Source: Eledone cirrhosa
Lineage: Eukaryota
Length of the DNA: 64,000 bases
NCBI GenBank assembly: GCA_964016885.1
Contig: OZ024741.1
Span: forward strand, 414,966,001-415,030,000
Direction of reading: 5' to 3'
Part shown: in pieces, positions 53,001-64,000 of the stretch
How positions within the stretch are numbered: the stretch's first letter is position 1
Layout of the letters: each line of letters begins with the position of its first letter
Translations under genes and position numbers: made by a program
Notes under the pieces: model-generated
Seen by the model: the letters and a program-made list of their open reading frames with translations, nothing else
Databases searched by the model: none
What the model was told of the DNA's origin: nothing

Positions 53001-55093
53001 AAACCTTCTGTATATGCCCAGAATTTTCTCACCTTTTTCTCTTCAAAGCAGCTGTATCTGCCCAGAATTCCCTCACTTCTTTCTGTTCAAACCAGCTGTA
53101 TCTGCCCAGAATTCCCTCACCTCTTTCTGTTTAAACCTTCTGTATATGCCCAGAATTTTCTCACCTTTTTCTCTTCAAAGCAGCTGTATCTGCCCAGAAA
53201 TCCCTCACCTCTTTCTGTTCAAACCAGCTGTATCTGACCAGAATTCTCTCACCTCTTTCTGTTCAAACCAGCTGTATCTGCCCAGAATTCCCTCACTTCT
53301 TTCTGTTCAAACCAGCTGTATCTGCCCAGAAATCCCTCACCTCTTTCTGTTTAAACCAGCTGTATCTGGCCAGAATTCCCTCACTTCTTTCTGTTTAAAC
53401 CTTCTGTATATGCCCAGAATTTTCTCACCTCTTTCTGTTCAAACCAGCTGTATCTGCCCAGAATTCCCTCACTTCTTTCTGTTCAAACCAGCTGTATCTG
53501 CCCAGAATTCCCTCACCTCTTTCTGTTCAAACCAGCTGTATCTGACCAGAATTCTCTCACCTATTTCTGTTCAAACCAGCCATATCTGCCCAGAATTCCC
53601 TCACCTCTTTCTGTTCAAACCAGCTGTATCTGACCAGAATTCTCTCACTTCTTTCTGTTCAAACCAGCTGTATCTGACCAGAATTCTCTCACCTTTTTCT
53701 GTTCAAACCAGCTGTATCTGCCCAGAATTCCCTCACAGCTTTCTGTTCAAACCAGCTGTATCTGCCCAGAATTCCCTCACCTCTTTCTGTTTAAACCTTC
53801 TGTATATGCCCAGAATTTTCTCACCTTTTTCTCTTCAAAGCAGCTGTATCTGCCCAGAATTCCCTCACTTCTTTCTGTTCAAACCAGCTGTATCTGCCCA
53901 GAATTCCTTACCTCTTTCTGTTCAAACCAGCTGTATCTGGCCAGAATTCCCTCACCTCTTTCTGTTCAAATCATCTGTATCTGTCCAGAATTCTCTCACT
54001 TCTTTCTGTTCAAACCAGCCATATCTGCCCAGAATTCCCTCACCTCTTTCTGTTCAAACCAGCTGTATCTGACCAGAATTCTCTCACTTCATTCTGTTCA
54101 ACCCAGCTGTATCTGACCAGAATTCTCTCACCTCTTTCTGTTCAAACCAGCTGTATCTGCCCAGAATCCCCTCACTTCTTTCTGTTCAAACCAGCTGTAT
54201 CTGCCCAGAAATCCCTCACCTCTTTCTGTTTAAACCAGCTGTATCTGGCCAGAATTCCCTCACTTCTTTCTGTTTAAACCTTCTGTATATGCCCAGAATT
54301 TTCTCACCTCTTTCTGTTCAAACCAGCTGTATCTGCCCAGAATTCCCTCACTTCTTTCTGTTCAAACCAGCTGTATCTGCCCAGAATTCCCTCACCTCTT
54401 TCTGTTCAAACCAGCTGTATCTGACCAGAATTCTCTCACTTCATTCTGTTCAACCCAGCTGTATCTGACCAGAATTCTCTCACCTCTTTCTGTTCAAACC
54501 AGCTGTATCTGCCCAGAATTCCCTCACCTCTTTCTGTTCAAACCAGCTGTATCTGACCAGAATTCTCTCACCTATTTCTGTTCAAACCAGCCATATCTGC
54601 CCAGAATTCCCTCACCTCTTTCTGTTCAAACCAGCTGTATCTGACCAGAATTCTCTCACTTCTTTCTGTTCAAACCAGCTGTATCTGTCCAGAATTCTCT
54701 CACCGCTTTCTGTTCAAACCAGCTGTATCTGCCCAGAATTCCCTCACCTCTTTCTGTTTAAACCTTCTGTATATGCCCAGAATGTTCTCACCTCTTTCTG
54801 TTCAAAGCAGCTGTATCTGCCCAGAATTCCCTCACTTCTTTCTGTTCAAACCAGCTGTATCTGCCCAGAAATCCCTCACCTCTTTCTGTTCAAACCAGCT
54901 GTATCTGACCAGAATTCTCTCACCTCTTTCTGTTCAAACCAGCTGTATCTGCCCAGAATTCCCTCACTTCTTTCTGTTCAAACCAGCTGTATCTGCCCAG
55001 AAATCCCTCACCTCTTTCTGTTTAAACCAGCTGTATCTGGCCAGAATTCCCTCACTTCTTTCTGTTTAAACCTTCTGTATATGCCCAGAATTT
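41020..55093. repeat. Tandem duplication of a 160-monomer block (period 7037 bp)
   Basis: ORFs are offset by 7037 = 160x44-3 (41403/48440, 42106/49143, 43690/50727, 45977/53014, 47736/54773). Variants CTCAACTC (~45203/~52240), ATGCCAAGAA (45361/52398) and CACCTTTTTCTG (~46655/~53692) are present in both copies. Confidence 0.95.
42120..43879. repeat. Local 20-monomer (880 bp) tandem duplication, also present at 49157-50916
   Basis: TCACCTCTTTCTGTTCAAAGCAG occurs at 42121 and 43001. ORF starts 42810/43690 and 49847/50727 differ by 880. Confidence 0.85.
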
Positions 55094-58000
55094 TCTCACC
55101 TCTTTCTGTTCAAACCAGCTGTATCTGCCCAGAATTCCCTCACTTCTTTCTGTTCAAACCAGCTGTATCTGCCCAGAATTCCCTCACCTCTTTCTGTTCA
55201 AACCAGCTGTATCTGACCAGAATTCTCTCACCTATTTCTGTTCAAACCAGCCATATCTGCCCAGAATTCCCTCACCTCTTTCTGTTCAAACCAGCTGTAT
55301 CTGACCAGAATTCTCTCACCTATTTCTGTTCAAACCAGCCATATCTGCCCAGAATTCCCTCACCTCTTTCTGTTCAAACCAGCTGTATCTGACCAGAATT
55401 CTCTCACCTATTTCTGTTCAAACCAGCCATATCTGCCCAGAATTCCCTCACCTCTTTCTGTTCAAACCAGCTGTATCTGACCAGAATTCTCTCACTTCTT
55501 TCTGTTCAAACCAGCTGTATCTGCCCAGAATTCTCTCACCTCTTTCTGTTCATACCAGCTGTATCTGACCAGAATTCTCTCACTTCTTTCTGTTCAAACC
55601 AGCTGTATCTGACCAGAATTCTCTCACCTCTTTCTGTTCAAACCAGCTGTATCTGCCCAGAATTCCCTCACCTCTTTCTGTTTAAACCTTCTGTATATGC
55701 CCAGAATTTTCTCACCTTTTTCTCTTCAAAGCAGCTGTATCTGCCCAGAATTCCCTCACTTCTTTCTGTTCAAACCAGCTGTATCTGCCCAGAATTCCTT
55801 ACCTCTTTCTTTTCAAACCAGCTGTATCTGGCCAGAATTCCCTCACCTCTTTCTGTTCAAATCATCTGTATCTGCCCAGAATTCTCTCACTTCTTTCTGT
55901 TCAAACCAGCCATATCTGCCCAGAATTCCCTCACCTCTTTCTGTTCAAACCAGCTGTATCTGACCAGAATTCTCTCACTTCATTCTGTTCAACCCAGCTG
56001 TATCTGACCAGAATTCTCTCACCTCTTTCTGTTCAAACCAGCTGTATCTGCCCAGAATTCCCTCACTTCTTTCTGTTCAAACCAGCTGTATCTGCCCAGA
56101 AATCCCTCACCTCTTTCTGTTTAAACCAGCTGTATCTGGCCAGAATTCCCTCACTTCTTTCTGTTTAAACCTTCTGTATATGCCCAGAATTTTCTCACCT
56201 CTTTCTGTTCAAACCAGCTGTATCTGCCCAGAATTCCCTCACTTCTTTCTGTTCAAACCAGCTGTATCTGCCCAGAATTCCCTCACCTCTTTCTGTTCAA
56301 ACCAGCTGTATCTGCCCAGAATTCCCTCACCTCTTTCTGTTCAAACCAGCTGTATCTGACCAGAATTCTCTCACCTATTTCTGTTCAAACCAGCCATATC
56401 TGCCCAGAATTCCCTCACCTCTTTCTGTTCAAACCAGCTGTATCTGACCAGAATTCTCTCACTTCTTTCTGTTCAAACCAGCTGTATCTGTCCAGAATTC
56501 TCTCACCGCTTTCTGTTCAAACCAGCTGTATCTGCCCAGAATTCCCTCACCTCTTTCTGTTTAAACCTTCTGTATATGCCCAGAATGTTCTCACCTCTTT
56601 CTGTTCAAAGCAGCTGTATCTGCCCAGAATTCCCTCACTTCTTTCTGTTCAAACCAGCTGTATCTGCCCAGAAATCCCTCACCTCTTTCTGTTCAAACCA
56701 GCTGTATCTGACCAGAATTCTCTCACCTCTTTCTGTTCAAACCAGCTGTATCTGCCCAGAATTCCCTCACTTCTTTCTGTTCAAACCAGCTGTATCTGCC
56801 CAGAAATCCCTCACCTCTTTCTGTTTAAACCAGCTGTATCTGGCCAGAATTCCCTCACTTCTTTCTGTTTAAACCTTCTGTATATGCCCAGAATTTTCTC
56901 ACCTCTTTCTGTTCAAACCAGCTGTATCTGCCCAGAATTCCCTCACTTCTTTCTGTTCAAACCAGCTGTATCTGCCCAGAATTCCCTCACCTCTTTCTGT
57001 TCAAACCAGCTGTATCTGACCAGAATTCTCTCACCTATTTCTGTTCAAACCAGCCATATCTGCCCAGAATTCCCTCACCTCTTTCTGTTTAAACCAGCTG
57101 TATCTGACCAGAATTCTCTCACTTCTTTCTGTTCAAACCAGCTGTATCTGACCAGAATTCTCTCACCTCTTTCTGTTCAAACCAGCTGTATCTGCCCAGA
57201 ATTCCCTCACAGCTTTCTGTTCAAACCAGCTGTATCTGCCCAGAATTCCCTCACCTCTTTCTGTTTAAACCTTCTGTATATGCCCAGAATTTTCTCACCT
57301 TTTTCTCTTCAAAGCAGCTGTATCTGCCCAGAATTCCCTCACTTCTTTCTGTTCAAACCAGCTGTATCTGCCCAGAATTCCTTACCTCTTTCTGTTCAAA
57401 CCAGCTGTATCTGGCCAGAATTCCCTCACCTCTTTCTGTTCAAATCATCTGTATCTGTCCAGAATTCTCTCACTTCTTTCTGTTCAAACCAGCCATATCT
57501 GCCCAGAATTCCCTCACCTCTTTCTGTTCAAACCAGCTGTATCTGACCAGAATTCTCTCACTTCATTCTGTTCAACCCAGCTGTATCTGACCAGAATTCT
57601 CTCACCTCTTTCTGTTCAAACCAGCTGTATCTGCCCAGAATCCCCTCACTTCTTTCTGTTCAAACCAGCTGTATCTGCCCAGAAATCCCTCACCTCTTTC
57701 TGTTTAAACCAGCTGTATCTGGCCAGAATTCCCTCACTTCTTTCTGTTTAAACCTTCTGTATATGCCCAGAATTTTCTCACCTCTTTCTGTTCAAACCAG
57801 CTGTATCTGCCCAGAATTCCCTCACTTCTTTCTGTTCAAACCAGCTGTATGTGCCCAGAATTCCCTCACCTCTTTCTGTTCAAACCAGCTGTATCTGACC
57901 AGAATTCTCTCACTTCATTCTGTTCAACCCAGCTGTATCTGACCAGAATTCTCTCACCTCTTTCTGTTCAAACCAGCTGTATCTGCCCAGAATTCCCTCA

Positions 58001-61000
58001 CCTCTTTCTGTTCAAACCAGCTGTATCTGACCAGAATTCTCTCACCTATTTCTGTTCAAACCAGCCATATCTGCCCAGAATTCCCTCACCTCTTTCTGTT
58101 CAAACCAGCTGTATCTGACCAGAATTCTCTCACTTCTTTCTGTTCAAACCAGCTGTATCTGTCCAGAATTCTCTCACCGCTTTCTGTTCAAACCAGCTGT
58201 ATCTGCCCAGAATTCCCTCACCTCTTTCTGTTTAAACCTTCTGTATATGCCCAGAATGTTCTCACCTCTTTCTGTTCAAAGCAGCTGTATCTGCCCAGAA
58301 TTCCCTCACTTCTTTCTGTTCAAACCAGCTGTATCTGCCCAGAAATCCCTCACCTCTTTCTGTTCAAACCAGCTGTATCTGACCAGAATTCTCTCACCTC
58401 TTTCTGTTCAAACCAGCTGTATCTGCCCAGAATTCCCTCACTTCTTTCTGTTCAAACCAGCTGTATCTGCCCAGAAATCCCTCACCTCTTTCTGTTTAAA
58501 CCAGCTGTATCTGGCCAGAATTCCCTCACTTCTTTCTGTTTAAACCTTCTGTATATGCCCAGAATTTTCTCACCTCTTTCTGTTCAAACCAGCTGTATCT
58601 GCCCAGAATTCCCTCACTTCTTTCTGTTCAAACCAGCTGTATCTGCCCAGAATTCCCTCACCTCTTTCTGTTCAAACCAGCTGTATCTGACCAGAATTCT
58701 CTCACCTATTTCTGTTCAAACCAGCCATATCTGCCCAGAATTCCCTCACCTCTTTCTGTTCAAACCAGCTGTATCTGACCAGAATTCTCTCACTTCTTTC
58801 TGTTCAAACCAGCTGTATCTGACCAGAATTCTCTCACCTCTTTCTGTTCAAACCAGCTGTATCTGCCCAGAATTCCCTCACAGCTTTCTGTTCAAACCAG
58901 CTGTATCTGCCCAGAATTCCCTCACCTCTTTCTGTTTAAACCTTCTGTATATGCCCAGAATTTTCTCACCTTTTTCTCTTCAAAGCAGCTGTATCTGCCC
59001 AGAATTCCCTCACTTCTTTCTGTTCAAACCAGCTGTATCTGCCCAGAATTCCTTACCTCTTTCTGTTCAAACCAGCTGTATCTGGCCAGAATTCCCTCAC
59101 CTCTTTCTGTTCAAATCATCTGTATCTGTCCAGAATTCTCTCACTTCTTTCTGTTCAAACCAGCCATATCTGCCCAGAATTCCCTCACCTCTTTCTGTTC
59201 AAACCAGCTGTATCTGACCAGAATTCTCTCACTTCATTCTGTTCAACCCAGCTGTATCTGACCAGAATTCTCTCACCTCTTTCTGTTCAAACCAGCTGTA
59301 TCTGCCCAGAATCCCCTCACTTCTTTCTGTTCAAACCAGCTGTATCTGCCCAGAAATCCCTCACCTCTTTCTGTTTAAACCAGCTGTATCTGGCCAGAAT
59401 TCCCTCACTTCTTTCTGTTTAAACCTTCTGTATATGCCCAGAATTTTCTCACCTCTTTCTGTTCAAACCAGCTGTATCTGCCCAGAATTCCCTCACTTCT
59501 TTCTGTTCAAACCAGCTGTATCTGCCCAGAATTCCCTCACCTCTTTCTGTTCAAACCAGCTGTATCTGACCAGAATTCTCTCACTTCATTCTGTTCAACC
59601 CAGCTGTATCTGACCAGAATTCTCTCACCTCTTTCTGTTCAAACCAGCTGTATCTGCCCAGAATTCCCTCACTTCTTTCTGTTCAAACCAGCTCTATCAG
59701 ACCAGAATTCCCTCACCTCTTTCTGTTCAAACCAGCTGTATCTGGCCAGAATTCCCTCACCTCTTTCTGTTTAAACCAGCTGTATCTGGCCAGAATTCTC
59801 TCACTTGTTTCTGTTCAAACCAGCTGTATCTGGTCAGAATTCTCTCACTTATTTCCGTTTAAACCAGCTGTATCTGGCCAGATTTCTCTCACTTCTTTTT
59901 ATTCAAACCAGCTGTATCTGCCCAGAATTCCCTCACCTCTTTCTGTTCAAACCAGCTGTATCTGCCCAGAATTCTCTCACCTATTTCTGTTCAAACCAGC
60001 CATATCTGCCCAGAATTCCCTCACCTCTTTCTGTTCAAACCAGCTGTATCTGACCAGAATTCTCTCACCTATTTCTGTTCAAACCAGCCATATCTGCCCA
60101 GAATTCCCTCACCTCTTTCTGTTCAAACCAGCTGTATCTGACCAGAATTCTCTCACTTCTTTCTGTTCAAACCAGCTGTATCTGCCCAGAATTCTCTCAC
60201 CTCTTTCTGTTCAAACCAGCTGTATCTGACCAGAATTCTCTCACTTCTTTCTGTTCAAACCAGCTGTATCTGACCAGAATTCTCTCACCTCTTTCTGTTC
60301 AAACCAGCTGTATCTGCCCAGAATTCCCTCACCTCTTTCTGTTTAAACCTTCTGTATATGCCCAGAATTTTCTCAGCTTTTTCTCTTCAAAGCAGCTGTA
60401 TCTGCCCAGAATTCCCTCACTTCTTTCTGTTCAAACCAGCTCTATCAGACCAGCATTCCCTCACATCTTTCTGTTCAAACCAGCTGTATCTGGCCAGAAT
60501 TCCCTCACCTCTTTCTGTTTAAACCAGCTGTATCTGGTCAGAATTCTCTCACTTATTTCCGTTTAAACCAGCTGTATCTGGCCAGATTTCTCTCACTTCT
60601 TTTTATTCAAACCAGCTGTATCTGCCCAGAATTCCCTCACCTCTTTCTGTTCAAACCAACTGTATCTGACCAGAATTCTCTCACTTCTTTCTGTTCAAAC
60701 CAGCTGTATCTGCCCAGAATTCTCTCAACTCTTTCTGTTCAAACCAGCTGTATCTGCCCAGAAATCCCTCACCTCTTTCTGTTTAAACCAGCTGTATCTG
60801 ACCAGAATTCTCTCACCTCTTTCTGTTCAAACCAGCTGTATCTGCCCAGAATTCCCTCACTTCTTTCTGTTCAAACTAGCTGTATCTGCCCAGAATTCCC
60901 TCGCCTCTTTCTGTTCAAACCAGCTGTATCTGACCAGAATTCTCTCACCTATTTCTGTTCAAACCAGCCATATCTGCCCAGAATTCCCTCACCTCTTTCT

Positions 61001-64000
61001 GTTCAAACCAGCTGTATCTGACCAGAATTCTCTCACTTCTTTCTGTTCAAACCAGCTGTATCTGACCAGAATTCTCTCACCTCTTTCTGTTCAAACCAGC
61101 TGTATCTGCCCAGAATTCCCTCACAGCTTTCTGTTCAAACCAGCTGTATCTGCCCAGAATTCCCTCACCTCTTTCTGTTTAAACCTTCTGTATATGCCCA
61201 GAATTTTCTCACCTTTTTCTCTTCAAAGCAGCTGTATCTGCCCAGAATTCCCTCACTTCTTTCTGTTCAAACCAGCTGTATCTGCCCAGAATTCCGTACC
61301 TCTTTCTGTTCAAACCAGCTGTATCTGGCCAGAATTCCCTCACCTCTTTCTGTTCAAATCATCTGTATATGCCCAGAATTCTCTCACTTCTTTCTGTTCA
61401 AACCAGCCATATCTGCCCAGAATTCCCTCACCTCTTTCTGTTCAACCCAGCTGTATCTGACCAGAATTCCCTCACCTCTTTCTGTTCAAACCAGCTGTAT
61501 CTGCCCAGAATTCTCTCACTTCATTCTGTTCAACCCAGCTGTATCTGACCAGAATTCCCTCACCTCTTTCTGTTCAAACCAGCTGTATCTGACCAGAATT
61601 CTCTCACTTCATTCTGTTCAACCCAGCTGTATCTGACCAGAATTCTCTCACCTCTTTCTGTTCAAACCAGCTGTATCTGCCCAGAATTCCCTCACTTCTT
61701 TCTGTTCAAACCAGCTGTATCTGCCCAGAAATCCCTCACCTCTTTCTGTTTAAACCAGCTGTATCTGGCCAGAATTCCCTCACTTCTTTCTGTTTAAACC
61801 TTCTGTATATGCCCAGAATTTTCTCACCTCTTTCTGTTCAAACCAGCTGTATCCGCCCAGAATTCCCTCACTTCTTTCTGTTCAAACCAGCTGTATCTGC
61901 CCAGAATTCCCTCACCTCTTTCTGTTCAAACCAGCTGTATCTGCCCAGAATTCCCTCACCTCTTTCTGTTCAAACCAGCTGTATCTGACCAGAATTCTCT
62001 CACCTATTTCCGTTCAAACCAGCCATATCTGCCCAGAATTCCCTCACCTCTTTCTGTTCAAAGCAGCTGTATCTGACCAGAATTCTCTCACTTCTTTCTG
62101 TTCAAACCAGCTGTATCTGCCCAGAATTCCCTCACCTCTTTCTGTTCAAACCAGCTGTATCTGCCCAGAATTCCCTCACCTCTTTCTGTTTAAACCAGCT
62201 GTATCAGACCAGCATTCCCTCACCTCTTTCTGTTCAAACCAGCTGTATCTGGCCAGAATTCCCTCACCTCTTTCTGTTTAAACCAGCTGTATCTGGCCAG
62301 AATTCTCTCACTTGTTTCTGTTCAAACCAGCTGTATCTGGTCAGAATTCTCTCACTTATTTCCGTTTAAACCAGCTGTATCTGTCCAGATTTCTCTCACT
62401 TCTTTTTATTCAAACCAGCTGTATATGACCAGAATTCTCTCACTTCTTTCTGTTCAAACCAGCTGTATCTGCCCAGAATTCCCTCACCTCTTTCTGTTCA
62501 AACCATCTGTATCTGACCAGAATTCCCTCTCCTCTTTCTGTTTAAACCATCTGTATCTGCCCAGAATTCTGTCACTTCTTTCTGTTCAAACCAGCTGTAT
62601 CTGACCAGAATTCTCTCACTTCATTCTGTTCAACCCAGCTGTATCTGACCAGAATTCTCTCACCTCTTTCTGTTGAAACCAGCTGTATCTGCCCAGAATT
62701 CCCTCACTTCTTTCTGTTCAAACCAGCTGTATCTGCCCAGAAATCCCTCACCTCTTTCTGTTTAAACCAGCTGTATCTGGCCAGAATTCCCTCACTTCTT
62801 TCTGTTTAAACCTTCTGTATATGCCCACAATTTTCTCACCTCTTTCTGTTCAAACCAGCTGTATCTGACCAGAATTCTCTCACCTATTTCTATTCAAACC
62901 AGCCATATCTGCCCAGAATTCCCTCACCTCTTTCTGTTCAAACCAGCTGTATCTGACCAGAATTCTCTCACTTCTTTCTTTTCAAACCAGCTGTATCTGC
63001 CCAGAATTCTCTCACCTCTTTCTGTTCAAACCAGCTGTATCTGCCCAGAATTCCCTCACCTCTTTTTGTTCAAACCAGCTCTATCTGACCAGCATTCCCT
63101 CACCTCTTTCTGTTCAAACCAGCTGTATCTGACCAGAATTCTCTTGCCTCTTTCTGTTCAAACCAGCTGTATCTGCCCAGAATTCCCTCACTTCTTTCTG
63201 TTCAAACCAGCTGTATCTGCCCAGAGTTCCCTCACCTCTTTCTGTTCAAACCAGCTCTATCAGACCAGCATTCCCTCACCTCTTTCTGTTCAAACCAGCT
63301 GTATCTGGCCAGAATTCCCTCACCTCTTTCTGTTTAAACCAGCTGTATCTGGCCAGAATTCTCTCACTTGTTTCTGTTCAAACCAGCTGTATCTGGTCAG
63401 AATTCTCTCACTTATTTCCGTTTAAACCAGCTGTATCTGGCCAGATTTCTCTCACTTCTTTTTATTCAAACCAGCTGTATCTGCCCAGAATTCCTTCTCC
63501 TCTTTCTGTTCAAACCAGCTGTATCTGACCAGAATTCCCTCTCCTCTTTCTGTTTAAACCATCTGTATCTGCCCAGAATTCTGTCACCTCTTTCTGTTCA
63601 AACCAGCTGTATCTGCCCAGAATTCCCTCACCTCTTTCTGTTTAAACCTTCTGTATATGCCCAGAATGTTCTCACCTCTTTCTGTTCAAACCAGCTGTAT
63701 CTGACCAGAATTCTCTCACTTCATTCTGTTCAAACCAGCTGTATCTGACCAGAATTCTCTCACCTCTTTCTGTTCAAACCAGCTGTATCTGCCCAGAATT
63801 CCCTCACTTCTTTCTGTTCAAACCAGCTGTATCTGCCCAGAAATCCCTCACCTCTTTCTGTTCAAACCAGCTGTATCTGCCCAGAATTCTCTCACCTCAT
63901 TCTGTTCAAACCAGCTGTATCTGCCCAGAATTCCCTCACCTCTTTCTTTTCAAACCAGCTGTATCTGACCAGAATTCTCTCACTTCTTTCTGTTAAAACC

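Larger units (their letters stand above)
28750..60650. repeat. Large nested duplication: block of ~28.75-40.9 kb repeated as ~40.7-60.65 kb, with the second copy internally expanded
   Basis: ORF offsets are 11962 (29441/41403), 11786 (30320/42106), 12666 (31024/43690, 33311/45977, 35070/47736) and 19703 = 12666+7037 (35994/55697, 37181/56884, 38852/58555, 40102/59805). Private variants CTCAGCTTTTT (~40671/~60374) and CTCACATCTT (~40760/~60463) are shared. Boundaries are approximate. Confidence 0.88.
26104..61329. repeat. 43-bp (-1) variant monomer CAGAATTCCTTACCTC..., 18 dispersed copies marking variable-length higher-order units
   Basis: Starts at 26104, 28303, 29534, 31513, 34196, 36087, 37670, 39341, 41496, 44179, 46862, 48533, 51216, 53899, 55790, 57373, 59044 and 61287 (the last reads CCGTACC). 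Every spacing equals n x 44 - 1. Confidence 0.92.
1..64000. repeat. 44-bp satellite DNA tandem array (1454 monomers plus a partial unit), head-to-tail, running off both window edges
   Basis: The consensus CAGAATTCCCTCACCTCTTTCTGTTCAAACCAGCTGTATCTGCC recurs on every line. Monomer starts are at 1, 1805 (1+41x44) and finally 63970. 63969 = 1454x44 - 7, which matches the indels I counted (13 units of 45 bp, 20 units of 43 bp). No inverted or non-repeat segment was seen. Confidence 0.99.

Noticed and set aside
40-63748. ORFs of 61-431 aa as protein-coding genes
   Set aside because: All are translations of the same monomer in overlapping frames. Starts and stops come from satellite variants, the period is not a multiple of 3 and there is no unique domain.
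1-64000. CRISPR array or other repeat-spacer system
   Set aside because: Monomers abut directly with no unique spacers, leader or cas genes. Variation is limited to a few bases and is itself duplicated in blocks.
1-64000. Minus-strand ORF under TGA recoding (genetic code 4/25 or selenocysteine)
   Set aside because: Consensus minus-strand stops are TGA only, but frequent GTTTAAAC alleles add TAA. The 44-bp period and the indel alleles argue against coding, and nothing supports recoding.
1-64000. Transposon insertion, inversion or embedded unique sequence
   Set aside because: Monomer phase is accounted for from base 1 to 63970 by 33 single-base indels, and I saw no reverse-orientation units.
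1-64000. Assignment to a known family such as avian 41-42 bp CNM/TM repeats or a CENP-B box satellite
   Set aside because: The length differs, I recognise no sequence match, and the CpG-free consensus cannot hold a canonical CENP-B box. A database search is needed.
1-64000. Synthetic construct or polylinker concatemer (EcoRI, PvuII, occasional PmeI and MscI sites)
   Set aside because: Hierarchically shared variants and nested duplications indicate natural evolution, and the restriction sites are incidental.
1-64000. Variant order as a functional digital code
   Set aside because: The C/T states at monomer positions 9, 15 and 26 and the junction dinucleotide do form a variant string, but duplication history explains its regularities and there is no evidence of a reader.
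1-64000. G-quadruplex or telomeric repeat on the G-rich minus strand
   Set aside because: There are at most two GGG runs per 44 bp, both often broken by common alleles, and no telomere motif.

Overview
The whole 64 kb window is one uninterrupted, single-orientation tandem array (satellite DNA) of a 44-bp monomer, consensus CAGAATTCCCTCACCTCTTTCTGTTCAAACCAGCTGTATCTGCC (48% GC, no CpG, one EcoRI and one PvuII/E-box site per unit). Phase counting gives 1454 full monomers plus a 31-bp partial unit. I found no genes, RNA genes, transposons, CRISPR spacers or unique sequence. All listed ORFs are by-products of a monomer that has no stop codon on the + strand. The informative structure lies in the variants. 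A divergent left end (1-5.6 kb) is followed by a left domain with an 87-mer tandem duplication and a ~4-kb imperfect triplication marked by a 45-bp monomer. A homogenised central domain (~26-61 kb) is marked by a 43-bp monomer and built by nested duplications (about 12-12.7 kb, 7037 bp, 880 bp, 484 bp). The right end returns to older variants. The host is probably eukaryotic, but I cannot name the organism or satellite family from sequence alone, and all functional ideas below are inference. All comparisons were made by eye, using the ORF track offsets.
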